A stretch of DNA of 64,000 nt, taken from positions 6,140 to 70,139 of the forward strand of contig JAIVJJ010000235.1 of the NCBI GenBank assembly GCA_020200095.1. The letters are read 5' to 3'. The position numbers and the translations under genes were made by a program. Below the pieces are notes generated by a model that was not told the DNA's origin, ran no database searches, and saw nothing but the letters and a program-made list of their open reading frames with translations. This DNA comes from Acidobacteriota bacterium. GTDB taxonomy: Bacteria; Acidobacteriota; Blastocatellia; Pyrinomonadales; Pyrinomonadaceae. Shown piece after piece: positions 8,569-18,429 of this stretch (positions within the stretch are counted from its first letter, which is position 1; each line of letters begins with the position of its first letter).

Positions 8569-9807
8569 ATGACAACTGAAAAAAAGAAAGTTTTGATTAT
8601 CGGCGGTGGCTTCGGCGGGCTTTTTACAGCTTTGGATTTGGCTGGCGACGCGGAAGTAACACTGGTTAGCGAAACGAATCATTTCACTTTCAGACCGCTT
8701 CTTTATGAATATTTTAGCGGCGAAGTCGAAGCGTGGCACATTGCACCCGATTATAAGGAATTAATTGGCGACGAAATAATTTTTGTGCGCGGCGCGGTCG
8801 AAACAATTGATTTTAAAGCTCAAACAGTAAAGGTTTCGACGCGAAACGATTTATTTTCCTACGACGCGCTTGTGCTGGCAGTCGGCGGCATAACAAATTT
8901 TTGGAACATTGAAGGCGCAGAAGAATTTGCTCTGCCTTTTCGAGACGTAGCTGATGCCGACAAACTTCGGCGCGAAATGGAAAAAGCATTGGATGCAGTT
9001 TCTCCTACGCTTGCGCCGCAAGACGCACGCGATGAATTAACTTTCGCGGTTGTCGGCGGCGGTGCGAGTGGTGTCGAGTTAGCGACGAAGATGTCAGATT
9101 TGTTGACGGACGCTTTCGCGCGGCGCGGTCTGAAAGGCGAGCCGCACATTTTGTTGTTTGAAATGAGTGATAGGCTCGTTCCGGGAATGGGCAAGGAAAT
9201 CCGCGAATACGTGGAAAAAACTCTTTTAAAAGACCATATTGACGTAAATTTGCAAACGCGAGTTTTGGAAGTAAAACCTCACGGAATTGTTTCCGAACAC
9301 AACTGCAAACGAAACGAAACTAAAACTGTTACAACCGTGTGGACGGCGGGCGTGAAGATGAATCCTTTGATTGAAAAGCTGGAATTGCCAAAGGACAAGA
9401 ACGGTTTGATTTTAGTTGAGCCGACGATGCAGGTAAAAAACCGCGAAAATGTTTTCGCGCTCGGCGACATTGCAAAAATTGAAGAAGTCGCGCCGATACT
9501 TGCCGGAACTGCTCAGCTTGCGTTTCAGGAATCGGCTCTGGCGGCAAATAACATAAGAGCTTTTTTGAGCGGAAAAACTTTGAAAACTAAACATTTTGAA
9601 GAGCTTGGTGAAGCCTTGAGTTTAGGAACAAAAAACGCAGCGGTTTTAATCGGCGGAAACGTCGTCGGTGGTTACCTGGCGCGCGATGCGCGTTTTGCGC
9701 TTTACACTTCGCGGCTTCCGACTTGGCATCATCGCTTAAAAGTTGGTGCGAGCTGGTTTTTCGAGGGCACGACGCCGAAACCTTTGCAGCCGCTCGGAAT
9801 CAGTTAG
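8569..9807 (+). CDS. NAD(P)/FAD-dependent oxidoreductase, type II NADH dehydrogenase-like
   Basis: KVLIIGGGFGGLFTA and FAVVGGGASGVELA dinucleotide-binding motifs. 412 aa. GAGGTG Shine-Dalgarno upstream. Confidence 0.8.
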   Translation: MTTEKKKVLIIGGGFGGLFTALDLAGDAEVTLVSETNHFTFRPLLYEYFSGEVEAWHIAPDYKELIGDEIIFVRGAVETIDFKAQTVKVSTRNDLFSYDALVLAVGGITNFWNIEGAEEFALPFRDVADADKLRREMEKALDAVSPTLAPQDARDELTFAVVGGGASGVELATKMSDLLTDAFARRGLKGEPHILLFEMSDRLVPGMGKEIREYVEKTLLKDHIDVNLQTRVLEVKPHGIVSEHNCKRNETKTVTTVWTAGVKMNPLIEKLELPKDKNGLILVEPTMQVKNRENVFALGDIAKIEEVAPILAGTAQLAFQESALAANNIRAFLSGKTLKTKHFEELGEALSLGTKNAAVLIGGNVVGGYLARDARFALYTSRLPTWHHRLKVGASWFFEGTTPKPLQPLGIS

Positions 9808-9832
9808 ATTAAAATCGAATAAATTAGAGACG

Positions 9833-9877
9833 AAAAGGTAAAAACAGAAAAAAATGTCTTTACCTTTTTTTATTTTT
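9833..9877 (+). terminator. intrinsic terminator
   Basis: AAAAGGTAAA (9833-9842) pairs with TTTACCTTTT (9859-9868), followed by a T-run. Confidence 0.7.
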
Positions 9878-9991
9878 ACATTATAAAGTTTAAAAATTTA
9901 CTGATATTTTTTGACGAAATTTTTCGCGTTAAAAATTAAGGGCAAAAATCACGCCAAATAATACCAATCTAAAAAGCAAAGGAGCGACAAA

Positions 9992-11488
9992 GTGAAAAAA
10001 TCAATTTATCTTACACGATTGTCAATTTTATTTTTCAGTTTAATTTTAACCCAAACGGCTTTTGCCGATGTGAAAATAAAAGCTCGCCAAACAGTGAGCG
10101 GGCAAACCTCCGAAAATACAACTTATATCAAAGGCAAACGGCAGCGCACCGAAATGATGGACGGTCAGATGGTCTCGATTACGCAATGCGATTTGCGGCG
10201 CAGCATTCAGCTAAATGGACAATCAAAAACTTATATTGTTAATTTGTTTAACGAACCGGACACCAATACGGAAAAGCCGAGTAAATCCGTAAGCGGCGCG
10301 CAAACGTCAGTCGAAAAAAGCAGAACGGTTACCACAACTGAAAAAGGCGGTACTGTTACAATGACCGTAACCAACAAAGATACGGGCGAGCGCAAGCAAA
10401 TGTTCGATTACACGGCGCGGCATATTATTACTACAATGATAACTGAATCATCACCGGAAGCCTGCGCAAAGGTCAACAACAAAATGGAAATTGACGGCTG
10501 GTATATTGACGCGACATTTGCGCTTGATTGCGATTTCGGCGCGGCTTATCGCAGTTATCAAACGGGGAAAAACGACGGCGGCTGTCAGGACAAATATCAA
10601 TACAAAACCCAGGGCGCGCCAAATAAAGGTTATCCGGTTTTGACGAAAACAACGATGTTTGACAAAAACGGCAACGTGTCCCTAACAATGACCAGTGAAG
10701 TTGTCGAGCTTTCAAAAGCGACGCTTGAAAATGCTTTGTTTGATGTTCCGGCAGATTACCGTGAAGTAAAAAATGCTTCGGAAATGTATGCTTCAATGTC
10801 GAGCGGTTCTAAAAATTCGCCTGATTATTCTAACGCCGACAGCAGTTCGTCCGCGAGCAGTTCGAGTTTGAGTGCAAACGTCAAAAATGCGGCGAACAAA
10901 ACTCAGAATAATTCGACCCAAGTTGGCGCAAAGAAAGAAGGCGTCGTGCGCATTGGTTTAGCGAGTGTTAAAACCGGAAACGTCGGCGATGGAATGAATG
11001 CCGCGGAACTTTCCGGCGCGATTCAAAATACTTTGACCGAATACCTCAAAACTCCGCAAATTGAAATTGTCCGACTCGAAGCAAAACTACCGTCGGCGAT
11101 CGACGCTGAAGCTAAACAAAAAGAGTGCGATTATGTAATTTACGCCAACGTTTCGCATAAAAAAGGCGGCGGCGGAATGTTCGGCAAAGCGCTTGGCAAC
11201 ATTGCGGGCGCCGCCGCCTCGACGATCGGCTACGGCAGCGGCACTGTTGCCGGAGCGGTTGCGGGGCATGCGGCTTCGCAGGCGATTTACACGGCGGCGA
11301 GCGCGTCTTCAAATGTTAAATCGAAAGACGAAATTTCGCTTGACGTGAAGCTAAACGCAACCGGCGTCGCTTCGCCTGTTTTATCAAAACAAGTGAAGGC
11401 AAAAGCCAAATCCGACGGCGAAGACATCATCTCGCCGCTCATCGAACAAATCGCGCAGGCGATTGTAGATGCAATGGCTAAAAAATAA
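9992..11488 (+). CDS. secreted hypothetical protein
   Basis: GTG start with AAGGAG Shine-Dalgarno. Signal peptide LSILFFSLILTQTAFA. Ser-rich linker, then a C-terminal domain ending in a Gly/Ala-rich zipper-like segment. No family assigned. Confidence 0.55.
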   Translation: MKKSIYLTRLSILFFSLILTQTAFADVKIKARQTVSGQTSENTTYIKGKRQRTEMMDGQMVSITQCDLRRSIQLNGQSKTYIVNLFNEPDTNTEKPSKSVSGAQTSVEKSRTVTTTEKGGTVTMTVTNKDTGERKQMFDYTARHIITTMITESSPEACAKVNNKMEIDGWYIDATFALDCDFGAAYRSYQTGKNDGGCQDKYQYKTQGAPNKGYPVLTKTTMFDKNGNVSLTMTSEVVELSKATLENALFDVPADYREVKNASEMYASMSSGSKNSPDYSNADSSSSASSSSLSANVKNAANKTQNNSTQVGAKKEGVVRIGLASVKTGNVGDGMNAAELSGAIQNTLTEYLKTPQIEIVRLEAKLPSAIDAEAKQKECDYVIYANVSHKKGGGGMFGKALGNIAGAAASTIGYGSGTVAGAVAGHAASQAIYTAASASSNVKSKDEISLDVKLNATGVASPVLSKQVKAKAKSDGEDIISPLIEQIAQAIVDAMAKK

Positions 11489-11742
11489 AAATCAGCAAAG
11501 TTGAGTGCGAAAAGTCGGTTTGAAAAGACTGGCTTTTCTAGTGTTAAAACGTGGCAAAGACTGCGAGAACAATCTAAAGACTCGGATTATATTCAATATT
11601 GAAAACACTTGATGCGTTTGTGAATCTTTCCGTTCTTTACGGGCTAAAGTCGCGCTTTCGTTGATACTTTTTCGCCAACTTTTGCGCGTTACATTATGAA
11701 GGTCGCAATTAAATAATTAAATTTTTAAAGAGGAAAATAATA

Positions 11743-12792
11743 ATGAATACACGAAATAATACTGCCGCACCAATGTTGGAAACTATGCCGCCTGAAGCGC
11801 AGTTAATGCAGCTTGTCGGCGGAAGTTTTATTTCACAGGCAACTTATGTCGCTGCCAAACTCGGTTTGGCTGATTTGATGAAAGAAAAGCCGCAAACAAT
11901 TGAAGAATTGGCGAAAGAAACCGAAACACACGAGCGCTCGCTTTACAGGGTTTTACGAACGCTGGCGAGCGTCGGCGCGTTTCGTGAAGTCGAGCCGAAA
12001 GTCTTTGCCAACACGCCCGTGTCGGAAACAATTCGCACGGATGTGCCCGGAAGCCTCCGCGATATGGCAATTTGGATGGGCGAAGAACCGCACTGGCGCG
12101 TTTACGGCGAAATGCTGCACAGCGTTAAAACCGGAAAGGTTGCGTGGGAACAAGTTCACGGAACAGAGGTTTTTCCGTATCTTTTTGAACAAAACCGCGA
12201 ACTCGGCGAGATTTTCAACCGCGCGATGACGAGCTTTTCGCACGTGACGATTCCGGCGATTTTGGAAGCCTACGATTTTTCGGGGGCAAAAACGGTTGCC
12301 GATATTGCAGGCGGATACGGGCATTTGCTCGCGGCGGTTTTGCGGAAAAATCAGCATTTGAAAGGCGTTTTGTTTGATATGCCGATTGTTTTAGAAGGAG
12401 CGCCCGCGCTGCTCGAAAAAGAAGCGGTCAGCGAAAGAGTCGAAATTGTCGCGGGCGATTTCTTCACGGAAATTCCGGTCAAAGCCGATGTTTATTTGCT
12501 CAAACACATTATCCACGATTGGGACGACGAACGCTCTGTTAAAATTTTGCAAAACATTGCTGCGACGATGAACGAAGGCGGCAAAGCTTTGATTCTCGAA
12601 ACCGTCATTTCCGCCGGCAACGAACCGCATTTCGGCAAGATTTTGGATTTGGAAATGATGGTTTCGCCTGGCGGCATCGAACGCACAGAAGAAGAATATA
12701 GCGAAATTTTGGCGCAATCCGGTTTGAAACTTTCGCGCATTATTCCAACAAAATCGCCGCTTTCGATTGTCGAAGCAATAAGAGCCGTTTAA
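11743..12792 (+). CDS. class I SAM-dependent O-methyltransferase (Methyltransf_2 type with dimerisation domain)
   Basis: VADIAGGYGHLL SAM motif, DVYLLKHIIHDWDD motif, N-terminal winged-helix dimerisation region. 349 aa. Confidence 0.85.
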   Translation: MNTRNNTAAPMLETMPPEAQLMQLVGGSFISQATYVAAKLGLADLMKEKPQTIEELAKETETHERSLYRVLRTLASVGAFREVEPKVFANTPVSETIRTDVPGSLRDMAIWMGEEPHWRVYGEMLHSVKTGKVAWEQVHGTEVFPYLFEQNRELGEIFNRAMTSFSHVTIPAILEAYDFSGAKTVADIAGGYGHLLAAVLRKNQHLKGVLFDMPIVLEGAPALLEKEAVSERVEIVAGDFFTEIPVKADVYLLKHIIHDWDDERSVKILQNIAATMNEGGKALILETVISAGNEPHFGKILDLEMMVSPGGIERTEEEYSEILAQSGLKLSRIIPTKSPLSIVEAIRAV

Positions 12793-13086
12793 CTTTTTGT
12801 TTTACGCGAACCGTATTTTTGTTTTTGTTAGAAATTTTTGATACTTTTTGCCGCTTTTTAGCGCGTTATATATTGAGAGCAAATTTTATAGCCCATTTCG
12901 GCGCAAAAACGGAGAAATTATAATGTCAAAACCATTCGATTTTTCATACCCAAAACTTTATCTTTTAGTTCTCCAGTCATAATCTTCAGCAGTAATTTCA
13001 CCGTTTTTGCGCAAACCCAACAACAATAGACAGGCGAAACGGACAAATAGAATTCGGTCCACAGCGCATCAAATTTTTCTTGTCGA

Positions 13087-13116
13087 GGCGGTTTCCAAAC
13101 CGCTTTTTTTATTTTT
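13087..13116 (+). terminator. intrinsic terminator
   Basis: GCGGTT-TCCA-AACCGC followed by TTTTTTTATTTTT. Confidence 0.55.
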
Positions 13117-13266
13117 AAACGAGAAAGGTCGCAACTCTTAAAAAATAAATTATTAATTCGAGTTAATAAAATTTTGCGCCGTCGCAGCGTATTTTTTTGT
13201 CTAAAATTTGCAACCGATGTTATATTTTGTCAGAATTTATAAAAATCGCAGTTCTGCTTTTCTTAG

Positions 13267-13833
13267 ATGAAAACTTCGCACGATGTAACGCAACTTTTAC
13301 TCGAATGGAGCAAAGGCAATGGCAATGCGCTAGATGAACTTTTGCCGCTTGTTTATCGCGAGCTACAGAAAATCGCGCATCGTTATTTAAGTCGTGAGCA
13401 AAGCTCAAACACTTTGCAGACGACGGCACTAGTTCATGAAGCGTTTTTGAAACTCGTAGATCAGAACCGCGTTGAGTGGCAAAATCGCGCACATTTTTTC
13501 GGTGTTGCGGCGCAGGCGATGCGGCGAATTTTGGTTGATAATGCGCGTCAGCGTCTGGCTGATAAACGCGGGGGCGGCGTGGAAAAAATCTCGCTCGAAG
13601 AAGGCGTAATTGACGTTTCGGATGAAAAAGCGAGCGACTTAATTGAACTCGACGCGGCTTTGCAGAGGCTCTGCGAAATGGATGAGCAAAAAAGCCGCCT
13701 TGTTGAGCTTCGTTACTTCGGCGGGCTTTCTATTGAAGAAACGGCGGAAGTTTTAGACGTCAGTATCGCTACCGTCAATCGTCAGTGGCGTCTCGCTAAG
13801 GCTTGGCTTTATAAAGAAATTTCAGCAGGCTAA
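13267..13833 (+). CDS. ECF RNA polymerase sigma factor, TIGR02999 / PF07638 clade
   Basis: DVTQLLLEWSKGNGNALDELLPLVYRELQKIAHRYL N-terminal signature. Region 4 HTH LSIEETAEVLDVSIATVNRQWRLAKAWL. Confidence 0.9.
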   Translation: MKTSHDVTQLLLEWSKGNGNALDELLPLVYRELQKIAHRYLSREQSSNTLQTTALVHEAFLKLVDQNRVEWQNRAHFFGVAAQAMRRILVDNARQRLADKRGGGVEKISLEEGVIDVSDEKASDLIELDAALQRLCEMDEQKSRLVELRYFGGLSIEETAEVLDVSIATVNRQWRLAKAWLYKEISAG

Positions 13834-14012
13834 AATTTGTTTCGTAAATAGTGAAAACGAAAGATTAAATAATTGTAGAAGCGACTCTTGTAGCTGCCTG
13901 CCGTGTTGACTATTTTGAGATATGCGAGCTTGGAACTTCCCTCACCCTTTACAATGAACGCGGTGTTTTAATATTTTGAAACCATATTGTCAAAATTAAA
14001 ACTCTTAAATTT

Positions 14013-17000
14013 ATGTTAAGCGGTAAGTGGCAAAAAATTGAAGAAGTTTTTGAAGCGGTTATTGAATTGCCGCCGGCAAAACGAGAAGCATATTTAGCCG
14101 AAGTCTGCAACGGCGATGACGATTTACGCCACGAGGTTGAACAGCTTCTAACCGCTGACGAACAAGCCTCAGATTTTATTGAATCACCAATTTTAGGCGG
14201 TAACACACTTGCCGGTTTTCTACCCGATAAGATTGAAGACTCAGTCGCGCCGCATTTTATCGGGCGGCGCATCGGTGCGTACGAACTCGTTCGCGAACTT
14301 GGGCGCGGCGGAATGGGCGCGGTTTTTCTCGCCCGTCGCGCCGATGATGAATTTAGAAAACAAGTCGCCATCAAAGTAATCAAACGCGGAATGGACACCG
14401 ATTTCATTCTCAGGCGTTTTCGCAGCGAGCGGCAGATTTTAGCGACGCTCGACCACCCGAACATTGCGCGTTTGCTTGACGGCGGCACGACACAAGACGG
14501 GTTGCCTTATTTTGTAATGGAATACATCGAGGGCTTGCCCGTAAATCAGTATTGCGATACAAACCGCCTTCCGATTCGTGAGAGACTCGAGCTTTTTCGA
14601 TTGATTTGCGCAGCCGTCCATTATGCACATCAGAATCTGATTATTCACCGCGATTTAAAGCCGGGAAATATTTTGGTTACGAAAGACGGCACACCGAAAT
14701 TGCTCGATTTCGGTATTGCAAAAATTCTTGACCCGAATCTGTCCGCCGATACTCTGTCACCGACGTTGACCGGAATGCGTTTGATGACGCCCGAATATGC
14801 CAGCCCTGAACAAATTCGCGGCGAAGTTTTGACACCGGCAAGTGATATTTACAGTCTGGGAGTTTTGCTCTACGAAGTTTTAACCGGAAAACGTCCGTAT
14901 CGTTTTTCATCGCGCGCGCCACACGACATTGCACGTGTCGTTTGTGAAGAAGAGCCGGAAACTCCGGCAATGGTTATCACGAAAGACGAATTTTCACCGG
15001 AGGTTTCGACGGGAGAAACTATCAAGAGTTTGGAGATTTTGAGTCGCAATCGGCAAACGACGCCCGAAAGTTTGCGGCGCGAGTTAAGCGGCGACGTGCA
15101 GAACATTTTGTTGAAAGCGCTTTGTAAAACGTCGGATTGCCGTTATCTTTCCGCGGAAGATTTTTCCAATGATATTGGCGCTTTTCTATCGGGTGAACCG
15201 GTTTCAGCGCCTAATTCGCCACACATTACGGACGAACGCTTTGAAAATTCTTTTCTGGCAGCGAGCGAATCGTTAGCCGTTTTGCCTTTTCGCACTATTC
15301 GCGTTAAACCCGTGTCGGAAACGGGAGATTATCTTTCGCTCGGACTAGCCGATGCTTTGATTACGAGGCTTAGTCATCTGCGAAGCGTTTCGGTGCGCCC
15401 GACAAGTTCCATTTTAAAGTATGTTGCTGAAGACACGCTTGACCCGAGCGTCGCTGGTCGTGAACTTCGCGTTACGCACGTTCTCGACGGCAGAATTCAA
15501 CACGCCGGCAAGCGCGTTCGCATCACTGCGCAGCTCGTCAAAATTCGTACAAATGAGACGGTTTGGGCTGGACAATTCGACGAGCAATCAGACGATATTT
15601 TAAGTTTGCAGGATTCGATTTCAGCGCAGGTTGCCGAAGCGCTTCTCCATAAATTGACGGGCGAAGAACGGCGTCAACTCGAAAAACGCGGAACTAATAA
15701 TGCCAAAGCTCACGAAGCTTACGTGCGCGGGCGTTTTCACTGGCACAGTTACACGGTCGAAGGGCTTGCCAAAGCTCTGATTTGCTTTTACGAAGCGATT
15801 GCGCTTGACCCGGATTTTGCGCTCGCTTACACGGGCGTCGCGGATTATTACAATTTTCTCAGCGTTTTAGGCGTCGTTTCGCCCAAAGATAGTTTTCCGG
15901 CGGCGAAAGAAGCGGCTGTCAAAGCCATCGAATTGGACAATTCGCTTGCCGAAGCTTATACATCACTCGGAATTGTCGAATTCGGCTATGAATGGGATTT
16001 TGTCGAAGCCGAAAAACTTTTCAAACGCGCGCTCGAATTAAATCCGAATTACGGCGAAGCGCACGTTTGGATGGCTCAACTGCACGGTATTCACGGTAGA
16101 CACGAAGCCGCGCTCAAAGAAATGCGTCACGCCGAACGCCTTAATCCGCATTCAACATCGCTGCTCATTTCCTATGCGATATGTCTTAAAAACGCTCATA
16201 AATACGAAGAGGCACTGCAAAAATTACGCTACGCGCTAACGCTTCAGCCGAATCTATACACGGCTTTGCAAGGTTACAATTGGGTTGCCGAACCGCTCGG
16301 AATTTTTGAAGAAGCGGAAAAGGCTTGCCGTCAAGCGGTTGAGCAGACCGAACGCCTTAGCCTGCCGCTTTACGCTTACGGTTACACTTTAGCCATCGGC
16401 GGAAAGAAGGAAGAAGCACGTAAAATCGCTGAAGAACTTGAAGCCCGAAAACAAACGCAGTTCGTTCCGTCAATTTATAATGCGCTGATTTATACGGCGC
16501 TTGACGATTTTGACGTGGCTTTTAAATGGCTCGACAAATCGTTAGAGGAACGCGATTTCTGGACGATCTGGTTTCCGATTGACCCGCGGTTCGATAAATT
16601 AAAAACTGACGCGCGTTATGAAAGCTATGTTAAAAGAATCAAGCCCTTGAGCGGCATCGAAGATATTCATCAATCGCACATCGCTACAAAACTCCTGATG
16701 CCGGTTGAAAAAGAAAAAATCGCGCGAGAAAACAAAGCGCTAAATACGCCGCCGGCTTCGCGCTTTTCAAAATGGGCGATTCTCGCTGCCAGCTCGTTTA
16801 TTGTTCTCATTTTAGTAGCATTTTTTGCGATGCGTTTCGGTTGGCAGAAAGGCTGGCAATACAACGAGCAAACATCTTTTAGCCAAAAAAGTATTGATAG
16901 TCTGCCGCCGAGTCAAACGAAAAATGCTCTTTCAATTGCAATTTTACCGTTCGCCACAATTGGGGCAAAAAACGACGACGAACAATATCTCGGAGTCGGT

Positions 17001-18290
17001 ACGGCAGACCTTGTAACGAGCAAATTAGGTCAAATAAACGAGATAAATTTGCGCTCGGCAAGCGCCGTGCGCCGTTATTTAAAGAGTGATAAATCGCCCA
17101 TTGAAGCTGGAAGGGAATTGGCGGTTGATTATGTTGTTAGCGGAACAATCGAACGCAAAGAAAATGCGGTCGAAGCCAAACTCGAACTGCGTGAAGTTTC
17201 CGGCGGACGCATTGTTTGGTCAGAGATTTTTGATGAACCGAATAACGATTTATTCGCCCTGCAGGATTCAATTTCCGAACTTGTCGCCAAATCATTGAGC
17301 CTACGCTTAACGAACGCTGAAAAGCAAAATCTTGCCAAGCATTTTACGGAAAACGGAAATGCCCAGCAGCTTTATCTCGCCGGACGCTTTCATTTCGGGA
17401 AACGCACCGTCGAAGGTCTGCGGCAGGCAATTTCAATGTTTGAACAGGCAATTAAGATTGACCCGAGCTTTGCGTTAGCTTATACCGGACTTGCCGACTG
17501 CTTCGCGCTTTTGAATTGGTACGAAGAGCCGCAACCGCCCGACGCATGGAACAATGCGAAAAAGGCGGCGGAGAAAGCCGTCGCGCTGGACGATAATTTA
17601 GCTGAGGCGCATGCTTCTTTAGCATTTATCAAATTTCATTTTGAACGCGATTATCAAGGCTCGGAAGAAGAATTTCGACGCGCCGTCAATCTCAAGCCGA
17701 ATTACGCGACGGCTTATCAATGGTATGCTTTTCTGCTTTCCTCGCAAGCGCGTCATAACGAAGCGATTACCGTGATGCGCCACGCCGAAGAATTAGAACC
17801 GCGCTCCGCGGTGATTGCCAATGCGGTTGCCAATGTGCTTTTTTTAGCCCGCCTTTATGATGAATCAATCGCGCAGGCAAAACGCTCTCTGGAAATTGAT
17901 CCGGCTTCGGTCGGAGCGCACGTCATCTTGCGCTGGAATTACGAAATGAAGCAGATGAAGGACGACGTTTTAGCAATTTACGAAAAAGAAGTCGGACTTG
18001 CCGGAGACACGCCGACGAGCCGCGCCAAGCAAGCGCATGTTTTTGCCGCGCTCGGCAGAAAGGAAGAAGCACTGCAAATTCTGCGTGAACTATCCGAAAA
18101 TGAACAAATCGAACATATTACGCCGTATGAAATCGGAGTTATTTACACGCTTTTGGACGATAAAACTCGAAGTTTGGAATGGCTCAAAAAGGCAAAAGAC
18201 GAACACGCCGTCGGCTTTTCGTTTGTTAAGGTTGACCCGCTTTTGGATAATCTGCGAAACGACAAGCGATTCGAAAGCCTAATAAAATAA
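14013..18290 (+). CDS. serine/threonine protein kinase with duplicated LPF-module + TPR sensor regions
   Basis: GRGGMGAVF, VAIKVIK, HRDLKPGNIL, DFGIAK, SPEQ kinase motifs. Two LAxLPF...+TPR modules separated by a single TM helix (about 16773-16838). Confidence 0.9.
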   Translation: MLSGKWQKIEEVFEAVIELPPAKREAYLAEVCNGDDDLRHEVEQLLTADEQASDFIESPILGGNTLAGFLPDKIEDSVAPHFIGRRIGAYELVRELGRGGMGAVFLARRADDEFRKQVAIKVIKRGMDTDFILRRFRSERQILATLDHPNIARLLDGGTTQDGLPYFVMEYIEGLPVNQYCDTNRLPIRERLELFRLICAAVHYAHQNLIIHRDLKPGNILVTKDGTPKLLDFGIAKILDPNLSADTLSPTLTGMRLMTPEYASPEQIRGEVLTPASDIYSLGVLLYEVLTGKRPYRFSSRAPHDIARVVCEEEPETPAMVITKDEFSPEVSTGETIKSLEILSRNRQTTPESLRRELSGDVQNILLKALCKTSDCRYLSAEDFSNDIGAFLSGEPVSAPNSPHITDERFENSFLAASESLAVLPFRTIRVKPVSETGDYLSLGLADALITRLSHLRSVSVRPTSSILKYVAEDTLDPSVAGRELRVTHVLDGRIQHAGKRVRITAQLVKIRTNETVWAGQFDEQSDDILSLQDSISAQVAEALLHKLTGEERRQLEKRGTNNAKAHEAYVRGRFHWHSYTVEGLAKALICFYEAIALDPDFALAYTGVADYYNFLSVLGVVSPKDSFPAAKEAAVKAIELDNSLAEAYTSLGIVEFGYEWDFVEAEKLFKRALELNPNYGEAHVWMAQLHGIHGRHEAALKEMRHAERLNPHSTSLLISYAICLKNAHKYEEALQKLRYALTLQPNLYTALQGYNWVAEPLGIFEEAEKACRQAVEQTERLSLPLYAYGYTLAIGGKKEEARKIAEELEARKQTQFVPSIYNALIYTALDDFDVAFKWLDKSLEERDFWTIWFPIDPRFDKLKTDARYESYVKRIKPLSGIEDIHQSHIATKLLMPVEKEKIARENKALNTPPASRFSKWAILAASSFIVLILVAFFAMRFGWQKGWQYNEQTSFSQKSIDSLPPSQTKNALSIAILPFATIGAKNDDEQYLGVGTADLVTSKLGQINEINLRSASAVRRYLKSDKSPIEAGRELAVDYVVSGTIERKENAVEAKLELREVSGGRIVWSEIFDEPNNDLFALQDSISELVAKSLSLRLTNAEKQNLAKHFTENGNAQQLYLAGRFHFGKRTVEGLRQAISMFEQAIKIDPSFALAYTGLADCFALLNWYEEPQPPDAWNNAKKAAEKAVALDDNLAEAHASLAFIKFHFERDYQGSEEEFRRAVNLKPNYATAYQWYAFLLSSQARHNEAITVMRHAEELEPRSAVIANAVANVLFLARLYDESIAQAKRSLEIDPASVGAHVILRWNYEMKQMKDDVLAIYEKEVGLAGDTPTSRAKQAHVFAALGRKEEALQILRELSENEQIEHITPYEIGVIYTLLDDKTRSLEWLKKAKDEHAVGFSFVKVDPLLDNLRNDKRFESLIK

Positions 18291-18429
18291 ATTCGATTTG
18301 AACGGATTTTTATTTTAAATCTTCGTCCTTTACCTTTCTACAATTGCTTGATAACAAAGAAATAAGACAACCACTGCTAAACTCGCATCATCTTCACTTA
18401 ATCTTATTTGAGCAAAATATTCGTTATTT

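Noticed and set aside
13949-14488. 179-aa minus-strand ORF overlapping the start of the giant kinase gene.
   Set aside because: It is an antisense shadow ORF with S/R/A/P-rich low complexity. The plus-strand frame has unambiguous kinase motifs.
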